This document shows, piece by piece, positions 1 to 9,180 of a stretch of 64,000 bases of DNA. The translations under genes and the position numbers were made by a program. Within the stretch, counting starts at the first letter, position 1; each line of letters opens with the position of its first letter. The stretch is from an uncultured Planctomycetaceae bacterium (lineage in GTDB: Bacteria; Planctomycetota; Planctomycetia; Planctomycetales; Planctomycetaceae), in assembly GCA_937916515.1 (NCBI GenBank), contig CALFSX010000011.1, forward strand, positions 5,109 to 69,108, written 5' to 3'. The notes under the pieces are model-generated. The model ran no database searches, was not told the origin of the DNA, and saw nothing but the letters and a program-made list of their open reading frames with translations.

Positions 1-367
1 CATCGGCCTGATTCGCAGGCGACGATGGAATCATGGCGGTTGCACCACCATAAAATGATCCGCCGCTGCTAAGCTGAGGATCCGGCCCCAGATAGACGTT
101 ATAGACGGCTCCTGAAAACGAAATCTGATCACCGGGCAGCAACGCACCACGAAGAACGCGCTGACCATTCACGCGAGTTCCATTGGTGCTTCCCAGGTCT
201 CGCATATAGATCAGTCCATCCGTCTTCACAAGAATGCAGTGAAGCTTTGAAACGCTGCCGTGATCCACTGCCAGATCGCAAAGTCTCGAACTACGCCCGA
301 CCACCGTTATCGGCTTGGTCAGCGTAATCGGTGGACCACCTTTGGCTGGTATGAGTTGGGCAAGCAT
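1..367 (-). CDS. FHA domain-containing protein (5' part only; continues past the window start)
   Basis: Own translation of the minus strand from the ATG at 365-367: MLAQLIPAKGGPPITLTKPITVVGRSSRLCDLAVDHGSVSKLHCILVKTDGLIYMRDLGSTNGTRVNGQRVLRGALLPGDQISF. This is the classic FHA core (G-R ... S-x-x-H ... D-L-x-S-x-N-G-T-x-x-N). The ORF is open to the window edge, so it is absent from the ORF track. Confidence 0.8.
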   Translation of the reverse strand, partial: MLAQLIPAKGGPPITLTKPITVVGRSSRLCDLAVDHGSVSKLHCILVKTDGLIYMRDLGSTNGTRVNGQRVLRGALLPGDQISFSGAVYNVYLGPDPQLSSGGSFYGGATAMIPSSPANQAD

Positions 368-1023
368 GTAACCAAACTTCTTAATTGAAGCTGCAAGTCG
401 TTCTGACACTTAAGCCGTTATTGCGACCAAACAGGAAATTCCAACACCAGGCGACGGCGTTTTACCGGCAACTTTCCCCCATGGCGACCACAACTCATAC
501 CTGTCTGGTATAAGAGAGATCTCACGGGGTCGCCCGAAAATTGAAGGGATTATCCGATATTTAACAGTGTCGGGAGGATGGGGTTTAAAAGTCAAGGTTC
601 GCCCACCGGGTCGGCCCCTTTGCTGGGAAATATTGCCGTTTGCAGCGAATAAAACAGCCTTGGCTCTCGTGAATTCGCTGCAATCGTAAATTACGGCGAC
701 TACAGCCCCAATTGCCAACCAGAACCACAAACCGAGTGCTCAACGGGCAGCCTTACGTGGGTTAGCAGAAAATTGCTTTAAAACACAACCGATTGCTCTG
801 TTTCTGCGGCAGAATCAACGGCGGATTGCAAATTCCCGTCCTGACAGCGTGCTGACTTGTTGTTTCGCTGTGTTTGGTCTGTCAGAATGAAGGGCAGGGC
901 CGTGTTCACAGTTAGCTGCACATACCAGAGTGCCTGCTTAAATCACCAGAGGTCCGGCTTCCTGCAGCAGCGCCTCTTTCCACTTTTTCTGCTTTTCACC
1001 TCACAGCCGACGATCCCAGTTAA

Positions 1024-2784
1024 ATGGCTCAGAGAACCATCGGCCCCTTTATTATCGACCGTCAAATCGGCGTGGGTGGCATGGGTATTGTTTACTCAGC
1101 CATCTATCCCGTAAACGGCAAGAAAGTCGCACTGAAAGTGCTGGCTCCGGGGTTGATGAGCGATGAAAAACTGATGAAGCGTTTCGAACGCGAAATCGAT
1201 ATTCTGAAACGGCTGGATCACCCCAACATTGTCAAATACTACGGCGGCGGTACAGAAAACAACCAGCGTTACTATGCGATGGAATTCATCGACGGTGGCT
1301 CGCTGCAGCAGGTCCTGAAACGCCGCACGCGATTATCGTGGGAACAGGCGATCCACGTTGGTCGGCAGGTGTCGTCGGCTTTAGAGCACGCTCATAACGC
1401 TGGCGTTATCCATCGAGACCTGAAACCAGCTAACCTGTTTTTGTCTCGCAAAGGAAGACTAAAACTAGGCGACTTCGGAATCGCTCGAGACACAGAAGCG
1501 ACCGCACTAACGGCTGCCGGCAAAACGGTTGGCACCTATGCCTACATGGCCCCGGAACAAATTCAGGTTGGCCCGCCAATCACCGGCAAGACAGACCTGT
1601 ATGCGCTAGGCTGCCTGCTGTACGAAGTGCTGGTCGGTGAAACTCCATTCCAATCGGAAAACCCGATGGACATGTTGATGCAGCACCTGAACGATGATCC
1701 ATACAACGTCATCGAAAAAGTTCCAGACTGCCCCATCTGGCTGGATCAGCTTGTTGAACGCCTGCTGGCGAAAAATCCCGACGACCGACCGCATGACGCT
1801 CTGGCCGTGCATACGGAACTGGGTGAAATCCGCGAAAAAGTTGAAGCTGGAAACAGCGTCACAATGGCGGAAACAATGCAGGGCAATCGAATCTCAACGA
1901 AAACAGAACGCGACAAGAAACCCGCCAGGAAGAAAAAAAAGAAAAAGAAGGACGTCCCCTTCCACGAACAAACGTGGTTTCTGGCAACATGCCTGCTGGC
2001 TCTGCTATCCGCGACTATCTGGCTGCTATGGCCGAAAAGCGAAAGCTGGTATGCCGAACAATGGCGCACAGCCATGAGCGGCGACGAATACGCTCAACGC
2101 GCCACTTTGGAAACACACGTCGATAAATATCTTACCGAATTCCCTGAGGGCGAATACGTCGTCGAAGCTCGCCAACTATCCGACAACCTGCACGCCAATA
2201 TTCTGGAACTTCAACTGAAGAACTTTGCCAAGATGGGCAAAGATGTCGAACCGGAATTCAAAGCCGCGTGCGTTGACGTCGTATCCCAGGAATCTGACGA
2301 AGGATTGAAATACTTCAGCTCATGGGAAACGGCTAAGGATGTTGATCTCCAGGTTAATCCTCTGCCCGTCATGGAACGCTGGTACGTGCTGATTTACGAG
2401 TCTCGATCAATCAAGAACCCCGACGACGAAACTCGCCAGCTGATTCAGGTTTGTCACAATCACTACGAATATTTTCGAGGGCGCCTGCTGGCAAGTCCTC
2501 GCGCTTTTGAATTCATGCAAAAGCGCATGCAGGACACCGAAAAACGTCTCGCAGATGGTGAACGTGAACCCGCCTTGATTACCTGGAAATTCGTTTACGA
2601 CGAATTCAAGCAGGTCGAATCGATGAAAGCCTTCGCCGAATATGCTCGAAAGCGTTTCAACCTGTCTCCTGCTGAAATTCCAAATGGCGGAACCGCTGAA
2701 AATTCACCTGACGCTCAGGAATCCAACGCGGCCCAGGATACAACAGCAGAAAGCGGAGCTCCCCCAGCGTCGCAGCAGCAATAA
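1024..2784 (+). CDS. Hanks-type serine/threonine protein kinase with a lysine run, one TM segment and an uncharacterised C-terminal domain
   Basis: Kinase motifs present: GVGGMGIVY glycine loop, VALK, HRDLKPANL, DFG, APE. A KKKKKKK tract precedes a hydrophobic segment (WFLATCLLALLSATIWLLW). About 250 aa of unassigned C-terminal region follow. Confidence 0.9.
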   Translation: MAQRTIGPFIIDRQIGVGGMGIVYSAIYPVNGKKVALKVLAPGLMSDEKLMKRFEREIDILKRLDHPNIVKYYGGGTENNQRYYAMEFIDGGSLQQVLKRRTRLSWEQAIHVGRQVSSALEHAHNAGVIHRDLKPANLFLSRKGRLKLGDFGIARDTEATALTAAGKTVGTYAYMAPEQIQVGPPITGKTDLYALGCLLYEVLVGETPFQSENPMDMLMQHLNDDPYNVIEKVPDCPIWLDQLVERLLAKNPDDRPHDALAVHTELGEIREKVEAGNSVTMAETMQGNRISTKTERDKKPARKKKKKKKDVPFHEQTWFLATCLLALLSATIWLLWPKSESWYAEQWRTAMSGDEYAQRATLETHVDKYLTEFPEGEYVVEARQLSDNLHANILELQLKNFAKMGKDVEPEFKAACVDVVSQESDEGLKYFSSWETAKDVDLQVNPLPVMERWYVLIYESRSIKNPDDETRQLIQVCHNHYEYFRGRLLASPRAFEFMQKRMQDTEKRLADGEREPALITWKFVYDEFKQVESMKAFAEYARKRFNLSPAEIPNGGTAENSPDAQESNAAQDTTAESGAPPASQQQ

Positions 2785-2809
2785 CGCGGCGAATGCTTGC
2801 CGCAGTTTG

Positions 2810-4975
2810 CTACTTAATAGCTTCAACCGGCTCCGCTTCCATTGCCTCAGCGGGGTCCGGAATCTCGATGTTGTCAACAAACGATTCGATGGCCTGCATA
2901 TAGCGAGCCGCAACGTAGGTTCCGATGGCTTTGCCAACATCAGCATGCAGCGTCAGTCCTCCGCTGGTGGAATCCAGATACAGGCGAATATCCGTTCGGC
3001 CACCCAGGTCGATAACTCGCTGCATCAGATCGTCACCCGTGGCAATCGGCACTGGGTTGTAGGTGATCAGGTCGCCACTGTCGTAAATCAGATCTTCTTC
3101 AAAAACCTCTCCGCCCCCAAACATTTCCTGTTTCAAGGTCTTAGCAAGCAGCATGTCTGCCAGTGTTGGAATTCTGGTCAGCCCGGTGGCATCATCCTGA
3201 GGATACGCCATCCACGCATCAAAATCCACTTCCGCCGAAACGACTCGCGTGTTGGCTCGAATACCGCTGCTTTCGCAACGAGCGATCGACGACTTCAGAA
3301 TTTCCACGCTGGTTTCTCCACCGACACAGAACCACAAACACGAATTTGCGTGAGCGATATACAGGTGAGTCAACTGGATCGGAAATTCAGCAGGCGCATC
3401 CAATGACGGAATACGAAATTCGATAACATCCAGATCGCCGCTCCTGGTGATGATAAAGCGTTCGGCAATTTCGCGAGGAGTCGTTTCGGGAGTGAGCAGT
3501 GTTAAAACGCTTCTTAATAGTTCCGGATTATCGTCCACCTGCATTCCCGCATAGATGACGCCGCCAGACGCTTCGGTCCAACCCAGCTTGGCGAAGAATT
3601 CCAGGTTGGTTTGATCGGCAATGGAAACCATGGTTTCAGCCAGTTCAACACCGCCTAAAACCATTTCCACGTCGGTCCCGGCTTCCTTTATCAGCTGGTC
3701 CTTCATCCATTCAGCGCCGGACTTGATAACTCGAATGCTTTCTTCCGGAAGCTTGATGGAAGAATGCAGAGTCACCGCGGCGCCATCGTTGATGATCGGG
3801 GCGAACCGACTGCGGGCAGACGAAAAATCTTCCAGTCGTTTGGATAGCCCACTGCCTTTGTTCGCGCTGATGTTCAGTTCTGCGCGAATTGGGTTTTGAT
3901 CGTCAGCCAGTTGAATAAAGCCTTTCACGTGATTAGCGTCAAACATCCCGGCCTTCGCAATCGCCAAAGCAAGCTCGCCGCCGGAGCTGCGAAAGTTGTA
4001 GTCAATATCTGATTCTTCATCACGTTGCTGCATTTGAGTACTCATGCCACCATACAGCATGTTCCACCCAAGTGACTTCAATCCAAACGGAATGCGTTCC
4101 AGATACACTTCGGCGCCGAGGTCCACATCGCGAGAAGCGTCTTTCATCACGCCGTCTTTGGTGGGAAGATTCATGTCCCAGATGGAGGCGTCCTGGCCCT
4201 GATACATCAGGTTTCCGTGATAGCGATAATATTGATCGAAGTTGTAAGTAGTCTGGCTGTATTTGACGCCGTCTTCTTCAATGATTGTCGTATTGTCATC
4301 ATCCAGACTCTGAACCTGAACGCCCACGCCGGAACCACTGCCAACCGAAATGGATACGCTGCGAGTCGCCGCAGGCTCCGTGTCTGGTACGTCTGCACCT
4401 TCGGCATCGATCGGTATGTTGGCGCCATCGTCTGGCAGATCCAGGTCATTCTCAATACGAGTCGGAGGATCAAATTCAGTGGCCAGCGGCACCTTATTGG
4501 ACCAGGAATTTGTGACCTTATGTTTGCCGTCTTTTCCGGAGATATTGTCTTCTTCGCCATTTTTTCTGGCAAACGTTCGCCCAGCCACCTGCCGGAGAAG
4601 CTTCATGTAATCTGCTTCATCTTTGACTTCGCTGAAACTAACGTTGGCGACAGACGGCAACATTCCCTTGGCAAGAAAGAACAGCGTTCCGCTGACCGGA
4701 CGCTCCACTTCGCTCACCATTTTGCCAACTTCTGATTTGTCGTAGAATTCCAACGCTTTGCCGCCGATTTTCAGCTGATCAGACATATTTCGCAGGTAGT
4801 CGACGGCATCCTGTTGGGTGATTCGATTGACCAGTACGGCGAACGGAGTTTCGCTGTAAATCGTCGGTGACGGGTCAGAATCGGCCTGTTGAGCGAGGCA
4901 GACTGAGCCCGAAACAGTCAGGCAGCAAATTGCCAGAGTCGTGCAGAAAATCGTTTTCAGAACTCGAAAAGCCAT
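2810..4975 (-). CDS. Secreted hypothetical protein (about 720 aa), no recognisable domain
   Basis: Long uninterrupted ORF. The internal ATG at 4975 gives MAFRVLKTIFCTTLAICCLTVSGSVCLAQQ, a good signal peptide. The track start at 5032 is a GTG upstream of it. Confidence 0.6.
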   Translation of the reverse strand: MAFRVLKTIFCTTLAICCLTVSGSVCLAQQADSDPSPTIYSETPFAVLVNRITQQDAVDYLRNMSDQLKIGGKALEFYDKSEVGKMVSEVERPVSGTLFFLAKGMLPSVANVSFSEVKDEADYMKLLRQVAGRTFARKNGEEDNISGKDGKHKVTNSWSNKVPLATEFDPPTRIENDLDLPDDGANIPIDAEGADVPDTEPAATRSVSISVGSGSGVGVQVQSLDDDNTTIIEEDGVKYSQTTYNFDQYYRYHGNLMYQGQDASIWDMNLPTKDGVMKDASRDVDLGAEVYLERIPFGLKSLGWNMLYGGMSTQMQQRDEESDIDYNFRSSGGELALAIAKAGMFDANHVKGFIQLADDQNPIRAELNISANKGSGLSKRLEDFSSARSRFAPIINDGAAVTLHSSIKLPEESIRVIKSGAEWMKDQLIKEAGTDVEMVLGGVELAETMVSIADQTNLEFFAKLGWTEASGGVIYAGMQVDDNPELLRSVLTLLTPETTPREIAERFIITRSGDLDVIEFRIPSLDAPAEFPIQLTHLYIAHANSCLWFCVGGETSVEILKSSIARCESSGIRANTRVVSAEVDFDAWMAYPQDDATGLTRIPTLADMLLAKTLKQEMFGGGEVFEEDLIYDSGDLITYNPVPIATGDDLMQRVIDLGGRTDIRLYLDSTSGGLTLHADVGKAIGTYVAARYMQAIESFVDNIEIPDPAEAMEAEPVEAIK

Positions 4976-5166
4976 TAACACACTCCAAAAACCAGGACGA
5001 ATGCTCGGATATCGGACTGATTCGCCGGACACTCCGAATTGTCCACATTTTCTTTTACAATTGGTGTTCTCTGCAATGGCGATAGGGCGTTAAACATCGC
5101 AACAATCCCGTCAAAATCAATTAGTCAGAGCCACATTGGCTCGTGTTCACCGGATTTCAGCAGCAA

Positions 5167-6954
5167 ATGGCCGTTCTTCTTCAAATTCTTGATGGCGTCA
5201 AAAGTTATGGCGACCAAAATCTTCTGGACAATGCCAGCGCCACCATTCATGACGGAATGAAGGTCGGTTTTATCGGACGCAATGGAGCCGGCAAGTCGAC
5301 TCTGCTGCGAGTTCTTCTGGGCGACGAAGAGCTCGATAGCGGCGAAGTTGTTCGAGGAACCCACTTGCAAGTGGGCTATTTGCGGCAGCACGACCCGTTT
5401 AATCCAGGCGAATCCGCTCTGGAATTCCTGATGCGCGACAGCGGTCAACCCGACTGGAAATGCGGAGAAGTAGCCGGGCAGTTTGAACTCAAAGGCGACT
5501 ATCTGAACGGTCCCGTCAAAGACCTTTCCGGCGGATGGCAGACTCGAGTCAAACTTGCTGCGCTGCTGCTGCATGAACCCAACCTGTTAATGTTGGACGA
5601 ACCAACCAACTTTCTGGACCTGCGTACACAGATTCTGCTGGAACACTTTCTGGTTAACTTTACTGCGTCCTGCCTGATTGTGTCGCACGATCGAGCATTC
5701 CTGACGGCCACCTGCGATCAGACACTGGACCTGAATCGCGGCAAGCTAACTTTGTATCCGGGGAAAATCACCCCCTATCTGGAAAAGATAGAAGAAGACA
5801 AAATCCGCGATCAACGCACCAACGCGGCGGTTATCTCCAAACAAAAACAGCTACAGAAGTTTATCGACAAGAACAAAGCAAGAGCGACTTCTGCCAGCCA
5901 GGCTCGTTCAAAACAAAAACAACTGGACCGCCTGCAGACAAAAGAAATCGAAGTTGATCTGCCAACCGCTTCAATTAAAGCGCCCGTCGTTGAACCTCGA
6001 CAGGGGCCAGCCTTAATTTGTATGGACCTGGCCATCGGCTACGACGGCGTAGCAGTGGCCAGCGACATTGAAATCGAAGTGGAACACCAGCAGCGAGCGG
6101 CCATCGTAGGTGACAACGGCCAGGGAAAAACTACCCTGCTTCGAACGATTGTGGATTCCTTGAAACCGGTTTCCGGTAAGGTCAAGTGGGGCTACGGCTG
6201 CAAAATCGGAACGTACGCTCAGCACGTCTATACCACGCTTCCGCAGGAACAAACCGTTCTGGAATACCTTGAATATACGTCAATGCCAGGCATCACAACT
6301 CAGGACTGCCTGAACGTGGCTGGATCGTTGCTGTTTAAGGGAGCTCACGTTAACAAACCTATCAAGGTCCTGTCCGGGGGCGAGCGAGCTCGATTGTGCA
6401 TGGCCGGTCTGTTGCTGGGCGACTATAACATTCTGATTCTGGACGAACCGGGCAACCACTTAGACGTCGAAACGGTCGAATCACTGGCAAATGCGTTGCT
6501 GAAGTACAAAGGCACCGTCATCTTCACAAGCCACGATCGTCACTTTGTGCAGCGAGTTGCCACCAACGTGATTGAAGTTCGCGATGGGGGGGCTCGAAAT
6601 TACGGAGGCAATTACGAAGCCTATCTGTACATGGTGAACAAAGAAATCACTGAAGGTGAACGCGAACGAGCTGGCAACAAACTGGCAGCGCCTCCAGCAG
6701 AAAAAACGTCTGGTGGTGCCAAAGCCGCACTGTCCGGAAAAGACCAGCATAATGCTCGCAAGCAGCAGCGGAATCTTGAAAAGACGATCGCTCGACTGGA
6801 CGGTCAAAAGAAAGAAATGAACGCGGAAATGCTGAAAACCAGCGATGCCAAGAAGGCCATGGACCTGCATAACCAGATCAACGCCATTCAGGTAGAGCTG
6901 TCTGAAGCGGAAGAAAAGTGGTGCGAACTTTCACAGGAACTCGGCGACTGGTAA
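5167..6954 (+). CDS. ABC-F family ATPase (two ABC domains, no TM domain, C-terminal coiled coil)
   Basis: Walker A GRNGAGKST and GDNGQGKTT; signatures LSGGWQTR and LSGGERAR; Walker B LLMLDEP and ILILDEP. There is a K/Q-rich inter-domain linker and a charged C-terminal helix. ATG at 5167 preferred over GTG at 5143. Confidence 0.88.
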   Translation: MAVLLQILDGVKSYGDQNLLDNASATIHDGMKVGFIGRNGAGKSTLLRVLLGDEELDSGEVVRGTHLQVGYLRQHDPFNPGESALEFLMRDSGQPDWKCGEVAGQFELKGDYLNGPVKDLSGGWQTRVKLAALLLHEPNLLMLDEPTNFLDLRTQILLEHFLVNFTASCLIVSHDRAFLTATCDQTLDLNRGKLTLYPGKITPYLEKIEEDKIRDQRTNAAVISKQKQLQKFIDKNKARATSASQARSKQKQLDRLQTKEIEVDLPTASIKAPVVEPRQGPALICMDLAIGYDGVAVASDIEIEVEHQQRAAIVGDNGQGKTTLLRTIVDSLKPVSGKVKWGYGCKIGTYAQHVYTTLPQEQTVLEYLEYTSMPGITTQDCLNVAGSLLFKGAHVNKPIKVLSGGERARLCMAGLLLGDYNILILDEPGNHLDVETVESLANALLKYKGTVIFTSHDRHFVQRVATNVIEVRDGGARNYGGNYEAYLYMVNKEITEGERERAGNKLAAPPAEKTSGGAKAALSGKDQHNARKQQRNLEKTIARLDGQKKEMNAEMLKTSDAKKAMDLHNQINAIQVELSEAEEKWCELSQELGDW

Positions 6955-7238
6955 AAACAATTTGTCGAGACAAAGCAACCTGACGCATCACAGATGCCTG
7001 AATTCAGGGGGCATGCAAGTAGTTTCAAAATTCCTGTTTGACGTAGGTGTTCGTCACATTCGAACCAGACTCAGCAGAGGAAAGATTAGTCGCCAATTAT
7101 CAGCCACCAGTTTTAGCTGGTGGTCTGATGAACGCCGGAACGGCCAGCTTTAGCTGGCTGCGAACAACTTCATATCCCCCTGCATGACGGCACGCAATTC
7201 TCCCAAACAAATCACGTCCTCGAACAACACGGCGCATG

Positions 7239-7266
7239 AAAAGGGCGACACTTAGAAGTGTCGCCC
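7239..7266 (-). terminator. Rho-independent terminator downstream of the Gfo/Idh/MocA gene
   Basis: Stem GGGCGACACT (7243-7252), loop TAGA, stem AGTGTCGCCC (7257-7266). On the minus strand the stem is followed by TTTTCATG. Confidence 0.7.
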
Positions 7267-7294
7267 CTGGATCTGTTCGTCAGGTCCGGTTGAA

Positions 7295-8632
7295 CTACAT
7301 TACCTTGGTAATCCCAGGCATTGGGATGTTGTAGGTCATGTCGTCGTTTGGCAGCACTGGAGGAGTGTCTGTCATGCTGGTGTACTTGTCGATTGGAGAA
7401 ACGACCAGTTCAGATGCCAGTGCATCAGCCATTTTGATTTCTTTGCCGCTGTAAGTACACATGCGGCCAAGAATGGCAGTCATCGTGCTCATGGCACCGT
7501 ATTCACCTTCGTTTGGTCGCTTACCAGCGCGGAAATCACCAAACAGGTCGTGGTGTTCCTGCTGATGTCCGTTGCGACCACCCTTGCCGTAGCTCCATGT
7601 TTCGTTGCCGTTCTTGTCGAAGATAACAGCACCACCGATGTGGCAGGAACCATTGCTGCCGTGAGCGAACTCGTCGACCTTATTCCAGCAGTTTTGGATG
7701 TGCCGACACTGGCTCAACATGACGGTGTCTTTTCCATAAGGAGTGTCACCGTATGTGTACTCAACAAAGTGGTGGTCATAAATTTCACCGTGCTCTTTGC
7801 TGGTTCGAACCTGACGTCCGCCTTGTCCCTGAGCTTTCACTGGTGCGCCACCCATCAACCAGTTAATCACGTCCAGATTGTGAATATGTTGTTCGTTGAT
7901 GTGGTCACCACACAGCCAGTTAAAGTAATACCAGTTGGTCATCTGGTATTCCATTTCGGTCTGGCCTGGCTTGCGGTTTCGAGTCCAGACGCCGCCACCG
8001 TTCCAGTAGGCTCGAGCCGCAACGATGTCGCCAATCGCTCCGTCCTGAAGACGTTTGATGGTCTCCATGTAAGCTGGCTCGTGACGACGTTGAAGCCCGA
8101 TCTGAACCAGCAGGTCCTTCTTCTTGGCTTCTTCAACGGACTTCAGGAAGCGTCGCACGCCAGCAGCATCGACAGCGACTGGTTTTTCTGCGAAGACGTG
8201 TTTGCCAGCGGCAACAGCTGCTTCAAAGTGGACCGGGCGGAAGCCTGGAGGAGTTGCGATCAACACCATATCGATGTCAGTTGCCAACAGTTGCTTGTAG
8301 CCTTCAAAGCCGACAAACTGTCGTTCTGCTGGAACATCAACCTTATCTTTGTGCTTGCGTTGCAGAGTATTCAAGCTGCCTTGCAGTCGGTCATCGAAAG
8401 CGTCGCACATGGCGATCAGCTTTGTTGGGCCTTCTGTATTCATCGCCTGGTCTGCAGCACCCGTACATCGACCACCGCAACCGATCATGCCGATACGGAC
8501 AGTTTCGTCATACGAAGTGTGAGCTGCCTGAACAGCGCTAAGGCCGCTCAGCAATGCACTTCCGGCAACTGCCGCCGTGGAACTGGTTTTTAAAAAATCT
8601 CTACGAGACGCGTCGTTCTTCTTGTTCGCCAT
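7295..8632 (-). CDS. Gfo/Idh/MocA family oxidoreductase with twin-arginine (TAT) signal
   Basis: SRRDFLKTSSTAAVAGSALL TAT motif. Rossmann-type IGMIGCGGRCTGAA, and an EKP motif in FAEKPVAV. ATG at 8632 (MANKKND) preferred over GTG at 8653. Confidence 0.85.
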   Translation of the reverse strand: MANKKNDASRRDFLKTSSTAAVAGSALLSGLSAVQAAHTSYDETVRIGMIGCGGRCTGAADQAMNTEGPTKLIAMCDAFDDRLQGSLNTLQRKHKDKVDVPAERQFVGFEGYKQLLATDIDMVLIATPPGFRPVHFEAAVAAGKHVFAEKPVAVDAAGVRRFLKSVEEAKKKDLLVQIGLQRRHEPAYMETIKRLQDGAIGDIVAARAYWNGGGVWTRNRKPGQTEMEYQMTNWYYFNWLCGDHINEQHIHNLDVINWLMGGAPVKAQGQGGRQVRTSKEHGEIYDHHFVEYTYGDTPYGKDTVMLSQCRHIQNCWNKVDEFAHGSNGSCHIGGAVIFDKNGNETWSYGKGGRNGHQQEHHDLFGDFRAGKRPNEGEYGAMSTMTAILGRMCTYSGKEIKMADALASELVVSPIDKYTSMTDTPPVLPNDDMTYNIPMPGITKVM

Positions 8633-9180
8633 GAAATAGTTTCCCGAAGTCACTTGAAGGTGGGTTTACGAAATTCAGTCTGATCCAGGCTTCGCGCCGA
8701 AGCGTTCCACATCTGGCCGCTCAGGTTGCCTGAGCTGGTATTTGGGCAGATTTACCGGACCCCCTATTCTAAAGCTACGCGTTTCGCACCGCAAACGCCC
8801 ATCCGAAAATTGCAGTGTCGCCCAAAATTTTGGTGGTTATCCAAATTTCACGCAAATGTGCCGCAACGCTGGCTTTTAGACAGGAATACACTGTGCACTT
8901 GATCGGAGCCACGCCAAACCTCAGTGTTTCTTAACACCCAGGAAACCCGAATTCGATCGCAATTGACCACGAGGAACGAGCAATTTCAGCCGACGAAATC
9001 GGATGGCCGACGCAAAACACCAGTGGTCTTGATGAACTTTGAAAGTTGGCTAAATAATATGGTCACCGCGTTTCCCAATCACCAATTTGACAATGTGAAG
9101 TAGCCGCTGACTGTTTCTGTCACGTGCGAACAACCGCCATCAAACGACAATCTGTGGGCAGGTTGTCACTGCATGCTGCG

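Noticed and set aside
410-730. 106-aa minus-strand ORF upstream of the FHA gene
   Set aside because: It has a TTG start. Only the first 15 residues look like a TM helix, and the rest is Pro/Gly/Arg-rich. It might be a real small membrane protein, but I cannot support it.
7550-8593. 347-aa plus-strand ORF antisense to the Gfo/Idh/MocA gene. Similar long antisense ORFs occur at 16966..17694, 19261..20007, 21400..22539, 34874..35806 and 46649..47566.
   Set aside because: Each lies entirely inside a gene with unmistakable family motifs on the other strand. Their translations are low-complexity or Arg/Ser/Cys-rich with no motifs. They are typical shadow ORFs.
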